Source: an uncultured cyanobacterium (GTDB lineage: Bacteria > Cyanobacteriota > Cyanobacteriia > Cyanobacteriales > Nostocaceae). From it: a DNA stretch of 64,000 bases. A model generated the notes under the pieces. That model worked only from the letters and a program-made list of their open reading frames with translations, was not told the DNA's origin and did not search any database. The translations under genes and the position numbers were made by a program. Positions 9,661-24,397 of this stretch are shown in pieces. Position 1 is the first letter of the stretch, and every line of letters begins with the position of its first letter. The stretch spans positions 3,936,001 to 4,000,000 of the forward strand of contig OY970166.1 in NCBI GenBank assembly GCA_963706595.1, in the 5' to 3' direction.

Positions 9661-12018
9661 TTAAAAAATCGAAGATTTATTTTCAGTTGCTTGAACAAAC
9701 GCCTCAAATTGACCGTTGTGTGTCCATTGGATAGCACCGTCATCTCTAGTTAAAAATAATTTTGTCTTGTTTTTACTCAGTTCAGACAGAGTTTTGGAAT
9801 CAACATTACCATAAGAGGCGATCGCCACCTGTGGTTGCAACATTTCGACTAAATTTTTCAAAGACTGAGGGCTACACCACAACACTTGCGGACGCAGCAA
9901 GCTTCCCGCCTTATATAGCTGTTCCACCTCTGTAGGCTTGACATTACCTACCAATAGCCAATTCTGACCTTGAATTTGAAATTGTAACACAGGTAACTGC
10001 TCATTAATTAATTGAGCCACTACTGAACCAGTATTTACAGTTTGACCAGGTGCTAAAGGCTGATAGCTTCCTTGTTGCTTTTGAACTTCCTGTTGAATTG
10101 CCTGAATAGCAGTGGTATTTTTTAGATTGGGTGAATATTCATAAAAATTTTTAATGGGTAGAGTTTGCAGCACTTCCAACCAAGCATTGCTATCTTGATA
10201 TTTAAAATTACTAGCGATCGCCCAATCTATCTGATTAACGCCCTGCTGTTGTAGAAATGGTAAAATTGTGAAACGTCCAGTCCCCTCATCACCACTATTA
10301 ATCAGCGTCACCTTTCCTCGGTCTTGAATGACTACAACTGGTTCTGTACCTGCGGCTAAAACCGTGATTCTAAATAATGTATTTGCAGAATACCACGATG
10401 GGATCAGCACCAAACTAATAGCCATTAAACCTGCGAACAACTGGCGTTTCTGCCACCAACGTACCAGCCAAACCGAAATAATCAGTGCATATATCCCTAG
10501 TAACTGCCAAGTAGAGATACTTCCCACAGTCAGAGAATTACCTGGCAAATTGCTAAATGCTTCTACTAATTTAATCAGCCAATCAGTAGGATAATATAAT
10601 ACACCAGCTAAAGCGCTACCACCCTCAGGCCAAACTAATGCGGCGATCGCACTAATAATTCCACCTATACTAATAGTTGCAATCAAAGGAGTACTGATAA
10701 TATTCAGTAGCACACCATAAGCAGGCATTACCCCAAATACATAAAGTTGCAGAGGTAAAGTCCAAATTGTAGCAGCCAGAGGAACAGCAATTAAAGAGGC
10801 GATCGCCAGTGGTAGCCAATCTAAGCGTTTCACAAGTGCCGGAACTGTGACAATTAACCCTAACGTGGCTAAAAAACTCAATTCAAAGCCTAAATCCCAA
10901 ATCCATAACGGGTTAATCAACAATAATATAGTTGCAGCTAGTAACAGAGAGCCAAATTGTTTAACCTTTCTTTTTAATAGCAAACCGACTAACGCCGCAA
11001 AACCCATAATTACCGCACGCAGTACCGAAGGCTGAAACCCTGTTAAACTCAGGAAAATAATTAACGCCAAACAGCCAAAAGTAAATTGTGTTCCCTTAGA
11101 TGTCCGCCTTGTCAACTGTAGAATTAAACCTAATACCAAAGAAACGTGAAATCCTGAAGCAGCCAAAGTATGAGCCAAACCAGCTTTCACAAACAAATCG
11201 CGGATATCGTAAGGTAAATCAACCGCCCTACTACCCAGAACCATTGCACTAACAAGGGGACCGGCTGGAACACCTAACCAACGAACCTGCGATCGCACAA
11301 TGCGTTGCCGAACTTGCCACCATCCCCACTTACGTTCATCATACTGATCAAGAACATTAATCTGTCTGCCAGTCAAACCAGCAAATATTCCCTGTTGCTG
11401 GAGAAACTTCTGAAAATCGAAAGCACCAGGATTTGATGCAGTTCTCGGCTTGTATAAAACTCCAGTCACAGCAACTTGTTGACCAGGATATAACCCCGTA
11501 GCCTGAAGCATTGGCACTGTCACATATAATTTACCTGTCACGCCCTTAGAAACAGCTACCGGGCCAGTTTCATTTTTCACCTCATCCAGTTGAGTAGCTG
11601 CTAACACAAATTGACCTCGTTGGCTACGAGTTAAACGGGGATTACTCGCCACCTCCCCACGCACAATCACCAGTTGTTGTTGATTACCGTTATTTTCTGA
11701 CGCAATAAATGTACTTATATCATTTTCATTTGGTTGTGGCGATCGCCATTGAAAATAGAAAGTTGCTAACAACCCCACCAACCCAGCAACCAGCCATATT
11801 CTAGGATGAGGAACATTTTGCCAAATACTAGGAAAACCCTCAGTTTTACCCCCAGCATATTCGGATTTTTGAGCAAATCGCCCTAATCTGCGTCTTCCAA
11901 ACAGAACTGCTCCCACAACCGCAAAACCTAGAACCCAAAACCCACCCCCAGGAACACCCGTCAACAGCAATCCCAGAATAAAGCCAAGACAGATAAACAC
12001 ACCACTTGTCTGAATCAT
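9661..12018 (-). CDS. comEC: ComEC/Rec2 competence channel protein
   Basis: NPGAFDF, GLAHTLAASGFHV, PSVLRA, GFELSFLAT motifs; many TM segments; degenerate C-terminal MBL-like domain. Confidence 0.93.
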   Translation of the reverse strand: MIQTSGVFICLGFILGLLLTGVPGGGFWVLGFAVVGAVLFGRRRLGRFAQKSEYAGGKTEGFPSIWQNVPHPRIWLVAGLVGLLATFYFQWRSPQPNENDISTFIASENNGNQQQLVIVRGEVASNPRLTRSQRGQFVLAATQLDEVKNETGPVAVSKGVTGKLYVTVPMLQATGLYPGQQVAVTGVLYKPRTASNPGAFDFQKFLQQQGIFAGLTGRQINVLDQYDERKWGWWQVRQRIVRSQVRWLGVPAGPLVSAMVLGSRAVDLPYDIRDLFVKAGLAHTLAASGFHVSLVLGLILQLTRRTSKGTQFTFGCLALIIFLSLTGFQPSVLRAVIMGFAALVGLLLKRKVKQFGSLLLAATILLLINPLWIWDLGFELSFLATLGLIVTVPALVKRLDWLPLAIASLIAVPLAATIWTLPLQLYVFGVMPAYGVLLNIISTPLIATISIGGIISAIAALVWPEGGSALAGVLYYPTDWLIKLVEAFSNLPGNSLTVGSISTWQLLGIYALIISVWLVRWWQKRQLFAGLMAISLVLIPSWYSANTLFRITVLAAGTEPVVVIQDRGKVTLINSGDEGTGRFTILPFLQQQGVNQIDWAIASNFKYQDSNAWLEVLQTLPIKNFYEYSPNLKNTTAIQAIQQEVQKQQGSYQPLAPGQTVNTGSVVAQLINEQLPVLQFQIQGQNWLLVGNVKPTEVEQLYKAGSLLRPQVLWCSPQSLKNLVEMLQPQVAIASYGNVDSKTLSELSKNKTKLFLTRDDGAIQWTHNGQFEAFVQATENKSSIF

Positions 12019-12043
12019 AAGTCACTCATAAAAAAACTTACTT

Positions 12044-12068
12044 GTTCGTAGTAAGGGCTTTAGCCCTT
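12044..12068. repeat. Short dispersed hairpin repeat (second copy inverted at 44522-44546)
   Basis: GTTCGTAGTAAGGGCTTTAGCCCTT; the reverse complement of 44522-44546 is GTTCGTAGTAAGGACTTTAGTCCTT, a compensatory stem change. Confidence 0.7.
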
Positions 12069-12177
12069 AAAACACTTGTACCGAATGCTAAAAAACTAAC
12101 TACAAACTACTATTTATACTTATTAAGTAAATATAATTTACAATTTATTTAAAAATACCTGGGGAAGCAATAAAAGC

Positions 12178-12268
12178 AGGATTTACGCAAAAACTCTCTC
12201 AAACCCTTATTCCTCTGTGTTCTCTGCGTCTCTGTGGTTCGTTATTCCGTAATTTGTGCGTAAGTCCT
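12178..12268. mobile_element. MITE-like small dispersed element with terminal inverted repeats
   Basis: AGGATTTACGCA...TGCGTAAGTCCT ends (11/12 match). The internal CTCTGTGT/CTCTGCG segment recurs at about 61083-61130. Confidence 0.6.
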
Positions 12269-12347
12269 AAAAAGAAAGCCTTATGCTTTTTGCTGCTGTA
12301 TATAGTAATTCGTTTTGATTTCGTGAATATCGGAAATCGGTTATCTG

Positions 12348-12505
12348 ACATCTTGTACTAGCCGATTAGAAGATTGGGCTACACAAACAAAACTCTCCTA
12401 TGCGGGTTTGAGACCTTTGAGACTCTTGATTTTTCATTAGTCCGCGAAGGCGGACTTTGTTTGTATAGCCGCGATTTCTAATCGCCAGGACTAGGTACAA
12501 GATGT
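12348..12505. mobile_element. MITE-like element with nested inverted repeats
   Basis: Pairs ACATCTTGTAC/GTACAAGATGT (outer), CGATTAGAA/TTCTAATCG and GGCTACACAAACAAA/TTTGTTTGTATAGCC; non-coding. Confidence 0.6.
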
Positions 12506-12523
12506 GAAGAATCTTATTGATTT

Positions 12524-13576
12524 TTACTTAAACAACGAAAGTATTACCCATAGAGCATAAAAGGCAATTGGAATCCAAAGCACCCAATTAGATCGATAAT
12601 TAGCTTTAATGGCGGAATTTGAAATAAAGTGTGGATTTTTTGGCTCTAAAACCAATTGTGGTAAAGGTTGTATGGTATCTGGCTGTATAACTGGATGCAT
12701 AATTGGTTGTAAATCTTTGAGTGGAAAACCCAACTTTTCCCGTTGCTCAACATATAGATGAGCCACCTTCCGAGCCAAATGACGAATCCTGCCAATGTAA
12801 CGAGTTCTCTCCGTCACCGAAATCACACCTCTAGCATCCAGCAGATTAAACGTGTGCGAACACTTCATCACATAATCCAGACTCGGTACAACCAACCCAC
12901 GCTCAGTCAATTGACCAGCTTCCTGCTCATATAAATTAAACAGTGTCAGCAGCAACTCAGGATTCGACCCCTCAAAATTGTAAGTACACTGCTCAATCTC
13001 ACTTTGCAGAAAAACATCACCATAAGTAATAGTGTCCGTCCAATCAATCTTAGTAATAGCTTCCACCTGCTGGAGATACATCACCAGACGCTCCAACCCG
13101 TAAGTAATTTCAATAGATACAGGACGACAATCAATTCCCCCACACTGTTGGAAATAGGTAAATTGAGTAATTTCCATCCCATCTAACCAGACTTCCCAAC
13201 CAGTACCCCAAGCGCCCACCGTCGCATCTTCCCAGTTATCCTCCACAAATCGAACATCATGATCTTCTGGACGAATCCCCAAAACCCTTAAAGAATCCAG
13301 ATAAATATCTTGAATATTATCCGGTGAAGGCTTAATCAAAACTTGGTACTGATAATAATGTTGAAAACGATTCGGATTTTCGCCGTAACGGCCATCAGTA
13401 GGACGACGACATGGTTCAACATAAGCAACAGACCAAGGTTCCGGACCCAACGCCCTTAAAAATGTATGAGGGTTTTTAGTACCCGCCCCCTTCTCAATAT
13501 CGTAAGGCTGGGCAATTAAGCAACCACGTTCACCCCAAAACTGGTGCAATAAACTAATGACAGACTGAAAATTCAC
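12524..13576 (-). CDS. glyQ: Glycine-tRNA ligase alpha subunit with an atypical ~64-aa C-terminal extension
   Basis: [70 protein letters not shown]. Confidence 0.97.
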   Translation of the reverse strand: MNFQSVISLLHQFWGERGCLIAQPYDIEKGAGTKNPHTFLRALGPEPWSVAYVEPCRRPTDGRYGENPNRFQHYYQYQVLIKPSPDNIQDIYLDSLRVLGIRPEDHDVRFVEDNWEDATVGAWGTGWEVWLDGMEITQFTYFQQCGGIDCRPVSIEITYGLERLVMYLQQVEAITKIDWTDTITYGDVFLQSEIEQCTYNFEGSNPELLLTLFNLYEQEAGQLTERGLVVPSLDYVMKCSHTFNLLDARGVISVTERTRYIGRIRHLARKVAHLYVEQREKLGFPLKDLQPIMHPVIQPDTIQPLPQLVLEPKNPHFISNSAIKANYRSNWVLWIPIAFYALWVILSLFK

Positions 13577-13689
13577 GCTCTACCCTCCCATAATCAGCAA
13601 AGTGCATAAACCATTGTTGCCTACAACCTAGCACTGTGGGGAGTTTCAGGCGCACAAAAAAATGAATTCAAAAATATTTGAAAAAAGAG

Positions 13690-13718
13690 TTGACAAAGAT
13701 AGGAGCGCTCGCTATATT
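13690..13718 (+). promoter_or_regulatory. rRNA operon sigma70-type promoter
   Basis: TTGACA (13690-13695), 17-bp spacer, TATATT (13713-13718), upstream of 16S. Confidence 0.8.
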
Positions 13719-13770
13719 AGATAAGTGCCTGAGAGACGAGCGCCAAAGAGCGGCGTTTTGAAGACACACC

Positions 13771-13782
13771 GAACCTTGAAAA
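13771..13782 (+). promoter_or_regulatory. boxA antiterminator of the rRNA leader (second copy in the ITS at 15899-15911)
   Basis: GAACCTTGAAAA, the cyanobacterial rRNA boxA consensus, following a boxB-like hairpin. Confidence 0.75.
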
Positions 13783-13891
13783 TATTATAGTTTGAAAGCA
13801 ATTATACAGCAAATATTGCGCGTCAAGTCAATAAAATAACGAGACTAAAGTTAAAAAACAGTAGTCAAGAAAGAGCTAAAACAAACAAACC

Positions 13892-15380
<1,489 letters not shown>

Positions 15381-15501
15381 TAGGGAGACCGAATCCACTC
15401 AAACATCGAAAGCAAATTGCAATTAGATAATGAGTTGGTCATTCCTAGGTCGGTCGCGAATATTTGTTAAGCTTTCAAACTATAGATTTGGTTCGGATAA
15501 T

Positions 15502-15575
<74 letters not shown>

Positions 15576-15658
15576 CCTGAAATCAGTTAACAGTCAACAG
15601 TAATCAGTAATCAGTAAAAAGCTGATAACTGGTAACTGATACCTGATAACTGACTGAT

Positions 15659-15731
15659 GGGGGTTTAGCTCAGTTGGTAGAGCGCCTGCTTTGCAAGCAG
15701 GATGTCAGCGGTTCGAGTCCGCTAATCTCCA
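15659..15731 (+). tRNA. trnA: tRNA-Ala(TGC)
   Basis: GGGGGTTTAGCTCAGTTGGTAGAGCGCCTGCTTTGCAAGCAGGATGTCAGCGGTTCGAGTCCGCTAATCTCCA in the ITS. Confidence 0.98.
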
Positions 15732-16050
15732 CCTTGTGTAAAAATCGCAAAAAAATCATATCGTTGATTGTCAGACAAGACAAAAAATAGATATAATAAT
15801 TTTTGTGGTCATTAGCACAGTATGATAAAATAATAGATCGGGGAAGATTCAGCAATTGATTGATAGAACAATCGAACTGCTGGGTAAATATCCAGCCAGA
15901 ACCTTGAAAACTGCATAGTAACGCGAAAAAAAAGCAGGCAGACGGATTAGAGTCCTGATTGCTTCTTGACTAAGTGCTGAGTAAAATCAGTGCAAAGAAC
16001 GAAGTAAACAGAACGAAGAAAAGTTTGCAGAAAAACACCAATGAAAAAGT

Positions 16051-18879
<2,829 letters not shown>

Positions 18880-18955
18880 CAGATCATTGCTTGTGTGAAT
18901 TGCTAATTATTTCGCGTGACTGTGCAGCCTTCAGGGTCTCTGACCCACCATTCTT

Positions 18956-19073
18956 TCCTGGTGTTTATTGCGCGGTGGAACCACACTGATCCCTTCCCGA
19001 ACTCAGAGGTGAAACGCTGCTGCGGCGACGATAGTTTTGGGGTAGCCCTCTGCAAAAATAGCTCGATGCCAGG
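18956..19073 (+). rRNA. rrf: 5S ribosomal RNA
   Basis: TCCTGGTG...GAACCACACTGATCCCTTCCCGAACTCAGAGGTGAAAC...GATGCCAGG. Confidence 0.96.
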
Positions 19074-19087
19074 TTTATTTTTTAACG

Positions 19088-19123
19088 AAAACCCCTTAGC
19101 TTTTATCATTGCTAGGGGGTTTT
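19088..19123 (+). terminator. rRNA operon intrinsic terminator
   Basis: AAAACCCCTTAGC-loop-GCTAGGGGGTTTT hairpin with a T tract, right after 5S. Confidence 0.8.
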
Positions 19124-19372
19124 TGTTTATGATGTTTTTATTTTGAGCTTTCAATCACTCTGCTGTTGTTAGCTAAACAGTGTAAAATTACACGCTTTAT
19201 GTAGTAAATATTATACTAACTTGAAAAGACATGATTCTGTAGAAACTTTCTCGATAATACTCCAATACTAGAGATATAACGAGAAAAATTACTTCAATAA
19301 TGTTTGCGTTCGGATATTACCGAGAGAAAATGTTATAAAATAAGTCCTTATACAAAAGATAGACAAGTCAGG

Positions 19373-20323
19373 ATTTAGCTTGTTAGTGCGTATGTCACAA
19401 ATTTTAGGTCTATTGAGGATAGTAATAAATTTGAAATTGGGGATCTGACTTGCCTAGTTGGGAAGAACGAAGCAGGTAAAACTGCTATCCTTCAGGCCTT
19501 TTACGGCATTAATCCGTTTGCATCTTTTATTTACGATAGAACTCGTGACTATCCCCGTCGTCACTTTAGTCGTTTTGATGATCGACATACAGATGGTTAC
19601 TCGAAAGTCATCGAAACACATTGGATTCTATCGTCTGCCGATATAAAACTCGTAAGTGACATTTATAGGACAGACGGGCTGAAGGTGGTAATTGATATAG
19701 CTGAAGGCAAAGCTGGAGACAAGCCCCCATTCAACTCTGGAACTATTGTCAACATTCGTATTGAAAACAGCAATCATCGAGTAACTGTCCCACTTTCCGA
19801 ACGAAGTGCTGGCTTTGTATGGTTCTTTTCTTTCTTATCCCAGTTCAAACAACTTAAGAAGACTACGGGTAATGCCATCATACTACTGGATGAGCCAGGA
19901 TTAACTCTACACGGAAAAGCTCAATCTGATTTGCTACGTTACATTGAGGAGAGGCTTCTTCCTGAGCATCAGGTCATTTTCACAACACACTCTCCATTTA
20001 TGGTACCTGCGGAGCGCATGGCAGATGTTCGGATTGTTGAAGATGTAATCAAGTATTAAGGCAGAAAGCCGACCGTACTAGGTACCAAAGTTTCTTCCGA
20101 CGCATTACTTGTTGATAAAGATACGCTATTCCCGCTACAGGCTGCACTTGGATACGAAATCACCCAGTCACTTTTTATCGGTAAAGATACGCTGCTTGTA
20201 GAAGGACCATCAGACATTCTTTATCTTCAAGCATTCTCTACAGCTTTAAAGAATCGCAAACGTGAAGGCTTAGATTCGCGCTGGACGATATGCCCTTCTG
20301 GTGGGATAGATAAAATATCCTGA
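19373..20323 (+). pseudogene. Degraded OLD-family ABC-ATPase/TOPRIM nuclease gene
   Basis: One reading frame, 19379-20320: NFRSIEDS, Walker A GKNEAGKT, Walker B LLDEPG, H-loop FTTHSP, TOPRIM LLVEGPSD. No valid start (ATT TAG at 19373), in-frame TAA at 20057-20059, cut at 20320 by the IS end. Confidence 0.8.
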
Positions 20324-20710
20324 CGGGGCGACAAACAAGGCTGAAAACAAGACAGTATAAACAATGTAACGATTTATGGTAAAAAAAGATAGGTCAGGGA
20401 TTGTCAATAAGACCTATCTAATGAAAATAATACCTTTATTCTATCAAAAGCACTTAAAAAGTCAATTGAGTCTAGCAGAATACCTGTTTCTCCAAATTTT
20501 GGTGAACATCTTACAGTCAATTAAAAACGTGAATTTAGAAAGGTTAGCGACTGGGATACCTTTGCCAATTAAATTTGAGAGTAGAAGGAGAAGAATACAA
20601 AGATTTCTCTCATTACCAAATCTCACAATTGAAAAAATTTGGTTTCCTATCATTACGGAATGGCTATCAATATACTTCACTAACGAAAAAATAATTTATG
20701 TAGCAATATT
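20320..20710 (+). mobile_element. IS4-family transposase fragment with left terminal repeat
   Basis: End CTGACGGGGCGACA at 20320. The ORF from 20376 (...FESRRRRIQRFLSLP...IWFPII..W...IYVAI) resembles the N-terminus of cyanobacterial IS4 transposases and breaks before the first catalytic Asp. Confidence 0.75.
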
Positions 20711-20768
20711 TGGCAGTTCTAAAAATGGATCGGCTAGCACAAAGATAAATAATTGTGAAGCGAACAGT

Positions 20769-20855
20769 ATATAACAACCGTATTGGAGCGGACTAGCTAA
20801 AAATTATAATATGGTTTTCAAAGTTGCTATTAGCCGCTCAATACAACCGTTAGCC
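20769..20855 (+). other. Integron attC-like recombination site (no integrase in window)
   Basis: R'' ATATAAC (20769-20775), L'' GTATTGGAGCGG (20780-20791), L' CCGCTCAATAC (20834-20844; L'' has one extra G), R' GTTAGCC (20849-20855). The upstream ORF stops inside R''. Confidence 0.7.
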
Positions 20856-21101
20856 TTCAATCTTTCGATAGGGGTGTAGCGAGAGGTGATCTTTGGGTTG
20901 TGATGTCCAAGTGAGCTACAATGCAATCGCGATCGCCTGTATTTTGTTCTGGTTGTAGTTTGAAGACGCGTTATGTATCAGCAATGCATACATCGTAAAC
21001 GCTGACTACCAGGGCGATCGCGCATTCACCTAGAGAAAGATACCCTTATGCTGAAAGTTTGTAAGAATTGAAATAATAGTAGATGTTATGGAGATAGTTC
21101 A

Positions 21102-22028
21102 ATGGCAAATGACAGTGTGAGGATTGTTTCTCTGATTCCTGGTGGAACCGAGATTTTAGCCGCCCTGGGATTGACAGATCAAATTGTGGGGCGATCGCAT
21201 GAATGTGACTACCCTCCAGAAATCCAAAATCTTCCAGTGTGTACCAAAGCACGCTTAAGCCCTCGTGACCCTAGCCGCAAAATTAATGATGATGTCAACA
21301 ATTTATTACAATCTGCCTTAAGTATTTATGAAATCAAAACAGATATATTAGAAAAATTACAACCCACCCACATTATTACACAAGACCAGTGTGATGTCTG
21401 TGCAGTCAGCCTTGCAGATGTAGAAAAAGCTGTTGCTAGTCTCGTCCACAGCTCACCTCAGATTATTTCCTTAAAACCTAACCTTCTGCAAGATGTTTGG
21501 AAAGATATTGAGAGAGTAGGTAATATCTTTGGTGTAGACTCAGTTCACCTGTTAGAAAATTTAGCAGCTCGCGTCACCATTTGTCAGAGCAAACTCCAAG
21601 GGCTTTCTGTAACAGAATTACCCACAGTAGCCTGTATTGAGTGGACAGACCCTTTAATGACCGCCGCCAATTGGATTCCCGAACTAGTCAACTTAGCCGG
21701 AGGTCAATCACAGTTTAGTCTTACAGGTCAGCCATCTGCTTGTGTCCCGTGGGAAACATTGTTACAGAGCAATCCAGATATTATCATTTTTATGCCCTGT
21801 GGCTTTGATTTAGATCGGACTCGTCAAGAAGCCAAATTATTCATTCAACGTCCAGATTGGCAAAAACTTCATGCTACCCACAGTGGGAGAGTTTATATTA
21901 CTGATGGTAACGCCTTCTTCAACCGTCCAGGGCCACGACTTGCAGATTCTCTAGAAATTTTGGCAGAAATTTTGCATCCTGAAATTTTTGATTATGGCTA
22001 TAAAGGAACAGGCTGGGAGACTATTTGA
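21102..22028 (+). CDS. Cobalamin-binding / BtuF-like periplasmic-binding-fold protein
   Basis: RIVSLIPGGTEIL, VGRSHECDYP, TQDQCDVCAV, FNRPGPRL motifs. Confidence 0.85.
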   Translation: MANDSVRIVSLIPGGTEILAALGLTDQIVGRSHECDYPPEIQNLPVCTKARLSPRDPSRKINDDVNNLLQSALSIYEIKTDILEKLQPTHIITQDQCDVCAVSLADVEKAVASLVHSSPQIISLKPNLLQDVWKDIERVGNIFGVDSVHLLENLAARVTICQSKLQGLSVTELPTVACIEWTDPLMTAANWIPELVNLAGGQSQFSLTGQPSACVPWETLLQSNPDIIIFMPCGFDLDRTRQEAKLFIQRPDWQKLHATHSGRVYITDGNAFFNRPGPRLADSLEILAEILHPEIFDYGYKGTGWETI

Positions 22029-22074
22029 ACACAGTAATCAGACGCGATAAATCGCGTCTCTACAAGTGAGTTTT

Positions 22075-22812
22075 TTACATCCAAGCACTAAAAACAGCTA
22101 AACCGTAATATTTCCAAGGTACTGCTACTGTCTTAAATCCAGATGTGGTCAACATTTGTAATTGGGTATCTAAGGTAGCGAGCTGGTCTTGGTTAGAGTA
22201 TCCTTGCTGAGTACTAATACCAATTTTAGCCCGCACCTCTGTTAAATTAGTTCCCTGTTGGATTGCCCATTCCTCTCGTGCTGTCTGATAAACTTCTGCT
22301 AGGACAGATGATTCTGGTAATGTCGGATCCGCATTGCCAAAATACCCTCCAGGGCTAAGACTTGTAACAATTCGTTGAAATAACTTTAGCTTCATCGGAT
22401 CATTGAGATGGTGAATTGCCAAAGATGAAACACAGGCATCAAATTCGCTACCAATATGCAACTTTTCTGAATTTTCTGCCCATTCGCCAAAATCGGCTTG
22501 TATCCCAGTCCATTGTTGTTGATATCCAGCGGATGTAATTTTATCGCCAGCAGATTTTAACATTCGAGGTGAGTAATCGAGGGCAATGATTTCGGCATCG
22601 GGAAAGCGCTGAAAGATTTTTAGAGTCAGTTCCCCTGTACCGCAGCCTAATTCTAAAATCCGGCGAGTTGTGGTAGGGAGACACCGGGTAATTACCTCCA
22701 ACATTTCATCATATCGGGGTAAGAGTTGGCGAATCCCATGATCAAAATCCGCAGTGTTGGCGAATACTTCTCCAGGAAATATTTGTTGCATGAGAATTGA
22801 ACAGATAAACAA
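22075..22812 (-). CDS. Class I SAM-dependent methyltransferase
   Basis: ILELGCGTG, DYSPRML, FDACVSSLAIHHL. The start may be 22791. Confidence 0.88.
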   Translation of the reverse strand: MFICSILMQQIFPGEVFANTADFDHGIRQLLPRYDEMLEVITRCLPTTTRRILELGCGTGELTLKIFQRFPDAEIIALDYSPRMLKSAGDKITSAGYQQQWTGIQADFGEWAENSEKLHIGSEFDACVSSLAIHHLNDPMKLKLFQRIVTSLSPGGYFGNADPTLPESSVLAEVYQTAREEWAIQQGTNLTEVRAKIGISTQQGYSNQDQLATLDTQLQMLTTSGFKTVAVPWKYYGLAVFSAWM

Positions 22813-23019
22813 ACAGATGCACTATTATTTATGATGACCTATATTTGAGAATCCCACCCTACCGTATACACACAAGGTAGCTAAGGAGAGGAGGAAAGAA
22901 AAGCATCGCTTTGGCAGATCGTTCTTGGATATTGATAAAATAAAAAAAATAATATATTATATCTAGTTGCCCCTGGCGGTACTCAGTCCCAAATTTTCTT
23001 CCCATACTTGGGAAACTTT

Positions 23020-24066
23020 ATGCTCCAGCTTGTAATCATTGTGTTGGTTGTTATTTTAGGTTCAGCGCTTTGTTCTTGTACAGAAACGGCGCTGTTTTCT
23101 GTTTCTCCTCTGAAAGTTAGACAATTAGCACAATCAAATAACCCTTCAGCAGTTGCACTTTTGGCGATTCGAGAAAATATGAATCGACCGATTGCAACCA
23201 TTGTAATTCTGAACAATATTTTTAATATTGTTGGCAGTATTCTTACAGGTAGTATTGCTAGTCAAGTGTTAGGAGATACTTGGTTAGGGATATTTTCGGG
23301 AATGTTTACCTTCTTGATTATTATCTTTGCTGAAATCATTCCCAAGACTATTGGAGAGCGTTACTCTGAACCCATCGCCATGTTGGCAGCTTTACCTGTG
23401 ACTGGACTTTCTATAGCTTTCACACCCTTAGTCTGGATTATCGAAAATCTGACGGCACGTTTTTTTAAAACCAAAAAACGACCAACTACAAATGAGGCTG
23501 AAATTAAGCTACTGGCAAACATTGGTCAACAAGAGGGAATTATTCAAAGCGATGAAGCAGAAATGATCCAACGGGTGTTTAGATTAAATGATGTGACAGC
23601 CGCAGATTTGATGACACCGAGAATTATGTTGACATATATCCGAGGTCATCTAACTCTTGAGGAAGCAAAAAAAGATATTATTGCTTCTCAACATACCCGG
23701 ATTATTGTAGTTGATGAATTTATTGATCAAGTAATTGGATTTGCCTTAAAGCAAAATTTACTGACAGCGATGGTTGAAGGCAATAACCAGGAAAAAATTG
23801 CTAATTTAGCCCGCAAAGTTAATTTCGTTCCGGAAATAATTCGCGCAGATAAACTGATGAAAAATTTTATAGCCGCGCGTGAACATTTAGCTGTGGTGGT
23901 TGATGAATATGGGGGTGTGGCTGGGGTTGTCACTTTGGAAGATGTGTTGGAAGTGATAACTGGTGAAATCGTAGATGAGACGGATAGAACGGTTGATTTA
24001 CAGGAAATTGCCAGGAAGAAGCGAGAAAAAATGTTGCAGTCTATTAATGTTGGTAATACGCCTTAA
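23020..24066 (+). CDS. CNNM/DUF21 + CBS domain membrane protein (hemolysin/CorC-like)
   Basis: SCTETALFS, AEIIPKT, DLMTPR, VVDEYGGVAGVVTLEDVLE. Confidence 0.9.
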   Translation: MLQLVIIVLVVILGSALCSCTETALFSVSPLKVRQLAQSNNPSAVALLAIRENMNRPIATIVILNNIFNIVGSILTGSIASQVLGDTWLGIFSGMFTFLIIIFAEIIPKTIGERYSEPIAMLAALPVTGLSIAFTPLVWIIENLTARFFKTKKRPTTNEAEIKLLANIGQQEGIIQSDEAEMIQRVFRLNDVTAADLMTPRIMLTYIRGHLTLEEAKKDIIASQHTRIIVVDEFIDQVIGFALKQNLLTAMVEGNNQEKIANLARKVNFVPEIIRADKLMKNFIAAREHLAVVVDEYGGVAGVVTLEDVLEVITGEIVDETDRTVDLQEIARKKREKMLQSINVGNTP

Positions 24067-24397
24067 TTATCAAAACTTAGCGATGAGAAAATGTGTGAGA
24101 TTAGAAGTTGTATTGTTTTCTTGATGAGATATCTGGAGACAAAAAATACAGAGACTAAGGATGACTTGTCTCTCATAGGTTTCTTGAAGGAAGATACATA
24201 TTTGAATGCGGTATATGCCTATGATAGCGGTGTGTATTTGAGTGATATCCAAAAACAATCCTGAAATCATATCACCGCCAGAATTTTGGTGTTCTCAAAT
24301 AATTGAAAGCCGCTAGAGTTATATTAAATTAGTGCGTTAGGTTTAATGTCCATAACGCACCCTAGCAAATAAGAAACACAGTTTTTCTGTCCGCCTA

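Noticed and set aside
19458..19646. 62-aa ORF after the 5S gene
   Set aside because: Out-of-frame overlap with the OLD-type pseudogene, whose frame carries the Walker A motif.
20860..21101. Cobalamin riboswitch upstream of the BtuF-like gene
   Set aside because: No recognisable B12-box or conserved riboswitch core found by eye.
24070..24270. 66-aa minus-strand ORF (and a ~58-aa plus-strand ORF) between the CNNM gene and rel
   Set aside because: No recognisable motif or RBS. It may be a gene remnant, but I cannot support a call.
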